From contig CAXXKA010000003.1 of assembly GCA_963668625.2 (NCBI GenBank), positions 1-64,000 on the forward strand: DNA of 64,000 bases, in the 5' to 3' direction. Numbering within the stretch: position 1 is the stretch's first letter; each line of letters starts with the position of its first letter. The notes under the pieces were generated by a model. It was not told the DNA's origin and made no database searches. It saw only the letters and a list, made by a program, of their open reading frames with translations. Position numbers and translations under genes: made by a program. Shown in pieces: positions 39,763-48,244 of the stretch. The stretch comes from an uncultured candidate division Zixibacteria bacterium. Lineage in GTDB: Bacteria; Zixibacteria; MSB-5A5; UBA10806; 4484-95.

Positions 39763-42009
39763 GTGAACAGGTTAGCTGTAATATCGGTCATGGCGTTTTG
39801 CCTGCTGCTGGTGATATCCTGCGAGGAGAATAGCTCCGAACCGGAACAGAATGGCTATTTAAGCGGGCGGGTTACCGTTGATGACCAGGGCGTTGATGGA
39901 GTCATTATCGATGTCAGCAACTTCCATGTCAGCGGCGGGGATGGCTCTGCCAAGACAGCCGATCAATTTCAATCGGAAGCCGCCGGCGATTATACGATCG
40001 AACTTGTTTCCGGGACATACCGGGCTGATTACACGTATTATGGCGGTGAGGAGATACTAACCACCGCCCGCTACCCGATAACGATCGAACCCGGCGAGAC
40101 CACCTATGTCGGTATTGAAATGAAAGACCCCATACCTCACAGCGTGTTTGTCATGAACGGCAACTCGGCGGTCGATATCTCATGGGAAAGCGCTTACGGA
40201 GCTACGGAATACAGGGTATATCGCGCCGAATCGAGCCTGGCAAACTACCTGAATATCGCCCGTGTCGATACGGCCTCGGGAACGATAAGCCACTCTGATA
40301 TGCCGCCATCGGTGGGGACATATAATTACTACGTGACCTCGATAAGCGGCTCATCACAGGAAAGTGCATTCGAGGATATCAAAACCGTGACATTTACCGC
40401 CTCGATAACCTCGCCAACAGGCCTTTTGGCATTGGATCAAGTCGAGTATGTCAGTCTATCCTGGAACGAAAATCAGCGAGCCGACAGCTATAAGATATAT
40501 CGTTCGCAAACCAATGATGATAGCTGGGGACTTATCGATTCCACTGATGCTATCGAGTACGAGGATACGCCCTCGGAAATGGACGATTATTACTACCGCG
40601 TGGCCTCCGTTAGTATATACGATACGGAGTCCGAACCATCGAGTGCGGTCATGGTTAATTATGATGGCCGATTCGATCCGGTCGAGGGTGTGAGCCTGGT
40701 CGATCGGGGATCCGATCTTTACCTGAACTGGCTCGACTACGATAATGTAGCTTACTACTCGATATATCGCACCACCGATCCCGAACAGTCTTTTACTCAT
40801 ATAGATTCTACCGTCGATCCGTATTACGCCGATTCACCGGTAGACACCGGTACTTACTATTATTATGTAACGGCCATAGCGCCTAACGGCCTGGAATCGG
40901 ATGAATCAGATACGGTGCATTCCTCGTTCGATGGCATTCTCGATTATCCCTCGGGATTTACGGTTGTTAACCGCGGACTTTATGTAGAACTAAACTGGAT
41001 CGAGGTCGACTGGGCGGGCGCGTATATTTTGTTCCGTTCGGATGATGGTGAAATTTACGTGCAGGTCGCCAGTATCGCCGGTTCGATAACTACATATAAC
41101 GATTCGCCGCAAAACACCGGCGAATATCATTATCGGATCGCGACCGAGACAATCGCCGGCGAGATGGGCGAACTTTCACCGCCGATTTTAGTGAACTACA
41201 CCGATAACCTTCTGCCACCTGAACACGTTGAGGCCGAAAACGCCGGTACATTTATCGACTTGAAATGGAACAAGGTTTTCGGGGCCAGCGGTTACAAAAT
41301 CTATCGCGCGCATAGCGAGGGTGGAAGCTACGAGTATATCGATTCGACCTGGGAGGATACCACATTCGCCGATAGTCCTGAGATAGAGGGAGCTTATTAC
41401 TATAAGGTCAAAGCTTTCGATTCTCAGGGGCATATCTCGTTGTTCTCGGACGCGGCCTATGTGTATTTCAACGATCAACCGTTGCCGCCATACGATATCG
41501 TGGCTGTCGATTCGTTGTATAAAATCACATTGAACTGGCAATGCAACGAAACCGATGCCGATTTCCTTTTATATCGTAGTTATTCGATGGATGGCAATTT
41601 CCAGTTTATCTCCCAGGCGGAGGATACATTCACGACCGACTGGCCGCCGGTAAGCGGACACTATTTCTATAAGCTTCGAACCATAGCCGATAACGATACC
41701 AGTGATATATCCGATTTCGTTCATGTTCTTTTCAGTGGTGATCTTGAGGCTCCGCAAAACCTCATTGCTTATGATGCCGGAGCTTACGTACAACTAGAGT
41801 GGTCCCATGTCGAGGGAGCTTTCGAATATCATATTTATATATCGGATTCTATCGATGGCGAATACGTCTACGATTTGAGCGAGGATGATAATTACGCCGC
41901 CCACATCCCAGATTCGGCTGGTATCTTCTATTACAAAGTTAAAGCCCTTACGATCGGCGATCTATCCTCGCCATTTTCAAATGCGGTACAGGTAGAATTC
42001 GCCCCGTAA
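39763..42009 (+). CDS. Lipoprotein with about seven tandem fibronectin type III-like domains
   Basis: Lipobox VISC. Repeated L.W......Y.IYR...Y.D.P...G.YYY.V units about 87 aa apart. Confidence 0.85.
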   Translation: MNRLAVISVMAFCLLLVISCEENSSEPEQNGYLSGRVTVDDQGVDGVIIDVSNFHVSGGDGSAKTADQFQSEAAGDYTIELVSGTYRADYTYYGGEEILTTARYPITIEPGETTYVGIEMKDPIPHSVFVMNGNSAVDISWESAYGATEYRVYRAESSLANYLNIARVDTASGTISHSDMPPSVGTYNYYVTSISGSSQESAFEDIKTVTFTASITSPTGLLALDQVEYVSLSWNENQRADSYKIYRSQTNDDSWGLIDSTDAIEYEDTPSEMDDYYYRVASVSIYDTESEPSSAVMVNYDGRFDPVEGVSLVDRGSDLYLNWLDYDNVAYYSIYRTTDPEQSFTHIDSTVDPYYADSPVDTGTYYYYVTAIAPNGLESDESDTVHSSFDGILDYPSGFTVVNRGLYVELNWIEVDWAGAYILFRSDDGEIYVQVASIAGSITTYNDSPQNTGEYHYRIATETIAGEMGELSPPILVNYTDNLLPPEHVEAENAGTFIDLKWNKVFGASGYKIYRAHSEGGSYEYIDSTWEDTTFADSPEIEGAYYYKVKAFDSQGHISLFSDAAYVYFNDQPLPPYDIVAVDSLYKITLNWQCNETDADFLLYRSYSMDGNFQFISQAEDTFTTDWPPVSGHYFYKLRTIADNDTSDISDFVHVLFSGDLEAPQNLIAYDAGAYVQLEWSHVEGAFEYHIYISDSIDGEYVYDLSEDDNYAAHIPDSAGIFYYKVKALTIGDLSSPFSNAVQVEFAP

Positions 42010-42102
42010 ATTTCTTCAGCCATTCGATCGATCTATATTATTTTCTACAATTGAATTAATCATTCGGATCATTTCATGGCTGTGTAGTTTGCTATAATTA
42101 GC

Positions 42103-42235
42103 CACTATTATCCGGCTTTTAGATTAGCTGCACCTCAGTATGTCGTACCTTCCATCCAGAGGCATCGGGCCGGGATTTAATATGATAATATTAAGTTACA
42201 CCTTACATCATCTGGATGAAAGCGGAGCGACATCC
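42103..42235. repeat. Family A-related degenerate element / long hairpin
   Basis: Starts CACTATTATCCGG. Segment 42103-42157 resembles 46862-46916. Internal inverted repeat TGTCG..TTCCATCCAGA / TCTGGATGAA..CGACA. Confidence 0.55.
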
Positions 42236-42269
42236 TGATACTCTAACCATATGATTATACGGAAATTAT

Positions 42270-42524
42270 CACTAGTGTCCGGTGTTTTTCGTTAAATTTT
42301 AAATTTCTCCTTGGAATTGTTAATGAAAAATATTTTCCGATATAATTATTTTATTCAGCGTATCATTCATCCTGACATATCCTGCCGATGTTAGGCTTGG
42401 TTTTCTGGTTTCCAAGCGCTGCTTGGAAACCTTCTTGAATCATGTAGAATGCGCATTCTGCCGGCAAACAAGCCACGTTGCGAAGCAGCGCTTCGCAACG
42501 AGATGAAAAGACCGGACACTAGTG
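42270..42524 (-). mobile_element. MITE family A, copy 2 (255 bp; perfect TIR and TSD)
   Basis: Perfect 14-bp TIR CACTAGTGTCCGGT / ACCGGACACTAGTG. 9-bp direct repeat GGAAATTAT at 42261-42269 and 42525-42533. Confidence 0.92.
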
Positions 42525-42580
42525 GGAAATTATAATGCTATAAAGCAATTGATCGATTCAAATCGCGGATCAGATTCCGG

Positions 42581-44137
42581 CTATTCCTCATCCAATGGGA
42601 AATCGGGGCAATGACTTACCTCATCGTATAATCCCCGGAAATATCGAACCATATAGGTGATATCGGAGCCGAGGAAATCGCAGTTCCCGTTAGCATCGGC
42701 GGCAACATATACCCATCTCTCGTTTTCATAATCGTAACAACTATCGGGAGGGCAACTGCCGACCCCTCGAAAATATTGCACACCATAAGTGATATCCGAA
42801 CCGATTACGATGCCGTCCCCGTTAATATCTCCCGGCAGATACTGACAATAATTGAGTGGTGGCTGAAAACGTGACAGGCGCAGGGTAGGGTCACCCTGAA
42901 TGCACATGCCATAGAACCAGGCCCTGCTGGCATCTCCGGCGCAGTTTTCCATATCGTTTTGTGCCCAGATAAGGAATGCCTCTCCGTAAGTGATACCATT
43001 ACCCAGAGGTCGATAGAACTCATCGAAACAAAGCATCGAACCGGTTTTGGAGGAGCCGATCGAAAGCAGGCCGTAATCTTGTTCGAAAATATACCAGGCT
43101 CCCATGTTGTTGGATTCTATATAGCGGGCATTGGAGCAGGCGAACAGGTTCCAGGTTAATGATTGCATCATGTATGTCTCTATATCGGAATCGTAGAAAA
43201 GCTGGTAATTATTGATGTCGTAATAAATATAATGCGCCGAAGGCGAGGAATGCGAACAAATCAGCACATGCTCGTACAGGCTATCGCTCGATTGGCGTAA
43301 CATATCGCGGTAATTATCGCGGTTAGTCTCATAGATATCAACAACCGAATCCGTGCTCGGGTATGAATTAGCGACATCGAAACCCCAACCGTAAGTATGC
43401 CAATCGTTATCAATGAAAGCCAGGGCGTGGTCGGTAAGGCGGAGGTCGCCTTTGCGGTAGTCATGGTTTTTACGGAAATAATTCTGCATCCGGCCAATTT
43501 CATCCGAGTCATGATAAGTAAGGGTGGAGGCCATCAAGCGACCGCACCAGATATCGGCTTCGAGTGCGCCACTATGGCTATCGAACATGCCATTCGTATT
43601 GCTATCGCCCCAGTTGCCATTCAAATCCATGAAATATAAATCGCAGGGAAAAGATACGTAAGCGCCGCCCCAATCCTCGGGTTCATACATCTCGTACCAC
43701 GGTACCGCCAGATCGCCTATGAAAATTACACCCTCTATCATCTGCTGACTCCAATCGGTATATAGCAATTCGCGCAGGCTGATAGGGGAAAAGGTCTCGG
43801 CGGCAGTGTATATATTTAAAGCATACCCGTCCAATTGAAGGTCGTAGAAAAAGGTGTCCAGAGATGTTTCTATTAATGGATACAGATCCTCATTTACTAT
43901 AATATCGATTGGAATTCCAACTGTAATAGTAGGTTGTCTGACAATACGGATATTGTCCGTTTCGGCGAAATGCCGCGATTGATTGTACTCCTCGAAAGTC
44001 ATTGGGGTCGTAGTAGTATCCAACCATCTCGTAACAGGGATATCCTCCCATTTATAATCTCTCTGGGCAAACGCCGAAATTGATAAAACGATTATCGATA
44101 CTGCAACTAAAACGAGGCAAAGGTCGTTTTTTTTCAT
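42581..44137 (-). CDS. Secreted C25 (gingipain)-like cysteine peptidase with C-terminal dockerin-like module
   Basis: Signal peptide; VIFIGDL, CDLYFMDL, DIWCGRL, HSSP (His), LFACS (Cys) and QGDPTL motifs. Tail YLPGDINGDG..GSDITY..YFRG..ADANGNC..GSDITY..YFRG. Confidence 0.8.
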   Translation of the reverse strand: MKKNDLCLVLVAVSIIVLSISAFAQRDYKWEDIPVTRWLDTTTTPMTFEEYNQSRHFAETDNIRIVRQPTITVGIPIDIIVNEDLYPLIETSLDTFFYDLQLDGYALNIYTAAETFSPISLRELLYTDWSQQMIEGVIFIGDLAVPWYEMYEPEDWGGAYVSFPCDLYFMDLNGNWGDSNTNGMFDSHSGALEADIWCGRLMASTLTYHDSDEIGRMQNYFRKNHDYRKGDLRLTDHALAFIDNDWHTYGWGFDVANSYPSTDSVVDIYETNRDNYRDMLRQSSDSLYEHVLICSHSSPSAHYIYYDINNYQLFYDSDIETYMMQSLTWNLFACSNARYIESNNMGAWYIFEQDYGLLSIGSSKTGSMLCFDEFYRPLGNGITYGEAFLIWAQNDMENCAGDASRAWFYGMCIQGDPTLRLSRFQPPLNYCQYLPGDINGDGIVIGSDITYGVQYFRGVGSCPPDSCYDYENERWVYVAADANGNCDFLGSDITYMVRYFRGLYDEVSHCPDFPLDEE

Positions 44138-44427
44138 AACATTCCTCCGATTTGTATCAAACTTATCTAAATAATAGCATAACAGCGCGAAAATCCAAGT
44201 TAAATTTTATGCTGAATATGCTCTCATCCGTTTAATATCATCCGCGAGTATAGCGTATGATAGGGTTGAGAAATGGGGATAGTATTTAAAAAATTGTTAT
44301 TGAATTCCTTAGATAAATATAATGGAGCATAGTGTCAGGCTAATTCAATTTTTAATCTTGATTAATGGTAAGCATAAACTTATATACACCCTAATGTTTT
44401 ATTAATAGTTAAGGGAAAGGACGAAAA

Positions 44428-46227
44428 ATGTCTGATAAATCATCCGCGCCGCGTTGGAATCTCGATTCGATTTTCCCGGGCGGTTCAAAATCCAAAGAGT
44501 ATGCTGATTACCGGCAGGGTATAAGAGCCGATCTGGACAAGGCGAAAGAAGCTGTAGATAAGATTTATGGCAAATCCGATAGCGGCAGTTACGCCGATTG
44601 GGGCAAGTTTATCCTGATGATGCAAGATTTATATAGAAAGCTTTATCAGGCGAGCTCATTCGCCGAATGTTTGACCAGCCAGGATGTCAACGATACCGAA
44701 GCCGCCCGCATTTATGCCGAGGTTGACAGCTATGATGCCGAGTATGGTTCGCTGTTGACCGGTTTTGAAGGGTTCGCTGTTGCTTTATCGGATGGCGAGT
44801 GGGATAAATTCATATCTGCGGCCAAGCTCGATCAAATACATTTTTACCTGGATAAAATGCGCGAGCGCGCGAAGAGCAAGATGTCGCCCGAATACGAACG
44901 TCTGGTACTCGATTTGTCCACCGATGGCTATCATGGCTGGGGCCGATTATACGATAAGATGGCCGGTGATCTTCGCACGACCTGGCAGGAAAACGGCCAG
45001 ACCAAAGAAATATCGATGGGACAGCTCGCGCCCAAGTTGGATGATTCCGACCGCGAAGTGCGAAAATCAGCTTTCGAGAAACTCGAGGAAGCCTGGGACT
45101 CGCGCGCCGAAATCGCCTCGTTGACATTGAACTCACAGGCCGGCTTCCGTCTGGCGTTATATAAAAACCGTAACTGGGATAATATCCTGTATGAACCATT
45201 GCTGGGGGCGAAACTCAAGCAGGAATCGCTTATGGCGATGTGGTCGGCGATCAAAAAATCGGTACCGAAATTTCAGAAATATGTTGATACCCGCAAAAAA
45301 CTTCTGGGTATAGATAAATACATGTGGTACGATCAAACCGCCTCGGTCGGTAAGATGGAAAAAGAGTTTACTTTTGACGAGGCTTCGAAATTTATTATCG
45401 AACATATTGGCACGTTCAGCCCGGAGATGGGTGAATTCTCGAAAATGGCTTTGGATAATCGCTGGGTCGAGGGCGAGGATCGCTCGGGCAAGGCGGCCGG
45501 CGGTTATTGTACCGGTATGCCGATGAAAAAAGAGTCGCGCATTTTCATGACCTACACTAATACGTTCGGTAATCTCTCTACTCTGGCGCACGAGTTGGGC
45601 CATGCCTATCACAGTTATGTGCTCAAAGACCTGCCGATATTCGCTTCCCGCTACCCGATGACTTTAGCCGAGACAGCCTCGACATTCAACGAGCTTCGCG
45701 TAAAGGATGCCGCCCTGGAGTTGGCCGCCAATCCACAGGAAAAATTGATGTTAATAGATCAGAAGCTTCAGGATGGTTATATCATGCTGTGTAACCTTCA
45801 CGCCCGGTTTATTTTCGACATGAATTTCTACGAGGAACGCAAGCGAGGTCTTATCAGTAAAGAACGATTGAGCGAGATCATGCTGGATGCTCAAAAAGAG
45901 GCTTACGGTGGTACCCTGGATGGTTACCATGAATTGTTCTGGGCCTCTAAACTTCATTTCTACCTGACCGGTCAGCCGTTCTACAATTTCCCTTACACAT
46001 TCGGATTTTTATTCTCGCTGGGGATATACGATCACGCCTTGAAAGAGGGTTCGGCGTTCGCCAAAGGCTACCGCGACCTTCTGGCCGATACCGGCACAAT
46101 GATGGCCGAGGATGTAGCCAGCAAACATCTGGGTGTTGATCTTTCGAAAGAGGAATACTGGAATGATGCCGTAGCCCGCGTAATGGCCGATATCGATCCG
46201 TTCGTGGAGCTGGCCGAGAGCCTGTAA
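44428..46227 (+). CDS. pepF: M3B oligoendopeptidase F
   Basis: WNLDSIF, GKAAGGYC, TLAHELGH, AETAS and FYNFPYTFG motifs. Confidence 0.93.
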   Translation: MSDKSSAPRWNLDSIFPGGSKSKEYADYRQGIRADLDKAKEAVDKIYGKSDSGSYADWGKFILMMQDLYRKLYQASSFAECLTSQDVNDTEAARIYAEVDSYDAEYGSLLTGFEGFAVALSDGEWDKFISAAKLDQIHFYLDKMRERAKSKMSPEYERLVLDLSTDGYHGWGRLYDKMAGDLRTTWQENGQTKEISMGQLAPKLDDSDREVRKSAFEKLEEAWDSRAEIASLTLNSQAGFRLALYKNRNWDNILYEPLLGAKLKQESLMAMWSAIKKSVPKFQKYVDTRKKLLGIDKYMWYDQTASVGKMEKEFTFDEASKFIIEHIGTFSPEMGEFSKMALDNRWVEGEDRSGKAAGGYCTGMPMKKESRIFMTYTNTFGNLSTLAHELGHAYHSYVLKDLPIFASRYPMTLAETASTFNELRVKDAALELAANPQEKLMLIDQKLQDGYIMLCNLHARFIFDMNFYEERKRGLISKERLSEIMLDAQKEAYGGTLDGYHELFWASKLHFYLTGQPFYNFPYTFGFLFSLGIYDHALKEGSAFAKGYRDLLADTGTMMAEDVASKHLGVDLSKEEYWNDAVARVMADIDPFVELAESL

Positions 46228-46250
46228 GCATTTTATCAGAATAGTAAATC

Positions 46251-46286
46251 AAAGGCAGCCGGGTCGTGAGATTCGGCTGCCTTTTT
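46251..46286 (+). terminator. Rho-independent terminator
   Basis: AAAGGCAGCCGG...TCGGCTGCCTTTTT. Confidence 0.8.
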
Positions 46287-46322
46287 AGTCTGGATTAATT
46301 TTGATATGACAAGCATTAGTAT

Positions 46323-46529
46323 TCATGATCTGATATAGAATTCCATCAGGTCTGCTAATGCTACAGCAGTCATCAGTAAATTTTGCAGCCCGGCTCGTAA
46401 AATCATCACAAGTATTGGGCTAACCCCATACATCTCTTGCATTTTGCAAACTCTTTTCAGGTGGTGTTTCCATTTCTGTTTCGATTTGAACGATTTTTTT
46501 ACATACTGTTTCCATAGATGCTCATACAT
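46323..46529 (-). CDS. Possible small hypothetical protein (68 aa)
   Basis: GGAGGA lies about 11 nt upstream of the ATG. Basic N-half, hydrophobic C-half, no recognised motif. Confidence 0.3.
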   Translation of the reverse strand: MYEHLWKQYVKKSFKSKQKWKHHLKRVCKMQEMYGVSPILVMILRAGLQNLLMTAVALADLMEFYIRS

Positions 46530-46628
46530 TTAAAGGTCAATTCCTCCAGACCGAAAAAGTAAGCAATAAGCAAATACAACCCTTGTAGTACAGAGATAAA
46601 CTGTGCAATTCACTGAGGAGGTGAGACC

Positions 46629-46736
46629 ATGGCCTGGAAAAAGAATCAAAAAAGACAGCGCGTTAGCGGTTATACCCGCACTCTGCCTAATGGTAAGAAG
46701 GTTAGAGTTAAATCCTATCTGAGAAAATCAAACTAA
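46629..46736 (+). CDS. 35-aa cationic microprotein MAWKKNQKRQRVSGYTRTLPNGKKVRVKSYLRKSN (absent from the ORF track)
   Basis: Strong RBS GAGGAGGTG 5 nt upstream of the ATG, own downstream terminator, and a V.GY.R...G..V..Y.R-type motif. Confidence 0.75.
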   Translation: MAWKKNQKRQRVSGYTRTLPNGKKVRVKSYLRKSN

Positions 46737-46752
46737 AATTTCTCGATACGAC

Positions 46753-46782
46753 GGGGGAGCACAATCGCTCCCCCTCCTTTTT
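46753..46782 (+). terminator. Rho-independent terminator of the microprotein gene
   Basis: GGGGGAGC-ACAATC-GCTCCCCC followed by TCCTTTTT. Confidence 0.7.
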
Positions 46783-46861
46783 GTAATCCTTCGCTAATGA
46801 TAAACAACACGTAGCAATAATCATTTTATCATCGCATGTTTATCTTGGTTATATAAATTAT

Positions 46862-47129
46862 CACCAGTGTCCGGCATTTGGTTGAGGTGCACGTTAGTAT
46901 GTCGTTTCTTCCATCCTTACGAATATAATTAGCCTCTCCGGGGTTGTTGAAAAAATCCATTGTTTATCATTCATCCTGACATATCCTGCCGATGTTAGGC
47001 TTGGTTTCCTGATTTCCAAGCGCTGCCTGGAAGCCTTCTTGAGTCATGTAGAATGCGCATTCTGCCGGCAAACAAACCACGTTGCCAAACAGCCGTTTCG
47101 CAACGAGATGGAAAGACCGGACAGTAGTG
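46862..47129 (-). mobile_element. MITE family A, copy 3 (chimeric left part)
   Basis: Ends CACCAGTGTCCGG / CCGGACAGTAGTG. Segment 46965-47129 closely matches 42361-42524; the left part instead resembles 42103-42157. Confidence 0.8.
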
Positions 47130-47173
47130 ATCGATAGTCGAATCAAAATCGAAACCAAGTTTCTCGAATACAT

Positions 47174-47266
47174 ATATTTCCAAATCGGAGTTTGTAAACA
47201 AGAAACAATAACAACGCTTCGCTTTAACCTACGCATCGGGTAAACCGGCGGTTTTTAACATAATAA
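47174..47266 (-). repeat. Terminator-adjacent repeat family C, copy on minus strand
   Basis: Reverse complement aligns with 57107-57204 (AAAAACCrCCGGTTTAyCCG..TTAAAGCGAAGCG..CTTGTTTmCAAACTCCGATTTGGAAA). Confidence 0.8.
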
Positions 47267-47290
47267 AAAACCGACCCCGCGAAGGGTCGG
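47265..47290 (-). terminator. Rho-independent terminator of the 3D-domain gene
   Basis: CCGACCC-TTCGCG-GGGTCGG-TTTTTT on the minus strand. Confidence 0.8.
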
Positions 47291-47322
47291 CATATATGTA
47301 ATTTTACGAAAGGATAAAAAAT

Positions 47323-47862
47323 CTAACTGATGTTTCCGGATTCCGATAATGCCAGTTCAACTTTTTCGGTTGCCTTGGCTGCTTCAATCTGTTCGGGTGT
47401 CAGTATCCATACTTTACGTTTTTGACGGCCCCAGTTTCTGGCCTGGGTACGTGTCTCTACGCATATATCAAGGATTTTGCCCTTGATCATATTGCCGGTA
47501 TCTTCGGCTCTCCACCAACCAAGCCCCTCTATGAACACCATCGAACCGAGCGGAATTACTTTCGGATCGACAGCCAGAGTATGATTGGCTTTTGCGGGGA
47601 CTCCCGAGTAAGTTATACCGTGAAAACGATTCTCGTACTCATCAATGGCCAGGTAAGCGGTGATAACGAACGTATCGGGATCGCTTGCGCCTGTTTCCGC
47701 CAGATGTTGATCTACCGGCGCCGGACCGACATCGTATTGTTCCACGACAGGTGGGGGCTCTTCCGATGAATCATAAACGTTGACATAGGCAATAGCCGTA
47801 AAAAACGTTAATGATAACACCAGGCCGGCTTTCAGCGAATTGTTGTACATTTCTCTTGTCAT
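47323..47862 (-). CDS. Membrane-anchored 3D-domain protein (cell-wall/MltA-related)
   Basis: ITAY, GITYSG, AVDPKVIPLGS, AEDTGNMIKG.ILD and WGR motifs. Start uncertain (47862 or 47883). Confidence 0.9.
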   Translation of the reverse strand: MTREMYNNSLKAGLVLSLTFFTAIAYVNVYDSSEEPPPVVEQYDVGPAPVDQHLAETGASDPDTFVITAYLAIDEYENRFHGITYSGVPAKANHTLAVDPKVIPLGSMVFIEGLGWWRAEDTGNMIKGKILDICVETRTQARNWGRQKRKVWILTPEQIEAAKATEKVELALSESGNIS

Positions 47863-47908
47863 AAGAATCAATCTCCAGTACATTGCCTTTACACTCCCCA
47901 AGCATATG

Positions 47909-47923
47909 GCAATAAGCATGCCA
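47909..47923 (-). promoter_or_regulatory. Sigma54-type -24/-12 promoter
   Basis: Minus strand reads TGGCATGCTTATTGC (GG-N10-GC) just upstream of the 3D-domain gene. Confidence 0.65.
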
Positions 47924-48244
47924 TAATAAAGGTCGTTAACCGCTCTGTCAAGTCTATTGTTCCATTTTTAGCTACCTGAATGTTGCCCTGTATTTACATT
48001 GTAACAAACTGATTTGAAGTAAGTTAGAAGTGACATCCTGATTAAGTGAGAAAGAGGATGTTTTTTATATACTGGGAAAATGTAAATTATGAATTACATA
48101 TTGCAAGAGAATGCACAAATATGGAATCAAGATTCATAATTTATACATCATATTTAAACTTCAATTAAATAAAATGAACTTGATAATTATGATTCTGTAT
48201 AATAAAATATGGGTGGTTGTTAATGCAACTTTACTATCGTAAGG

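Noticed and set aside
46967-47236. ORFs 46967..47236, 46995..47201, 49447..49689 and 28481..28930
   Set aside because: They run through the non-coding repeat elements and have no protein motifs.
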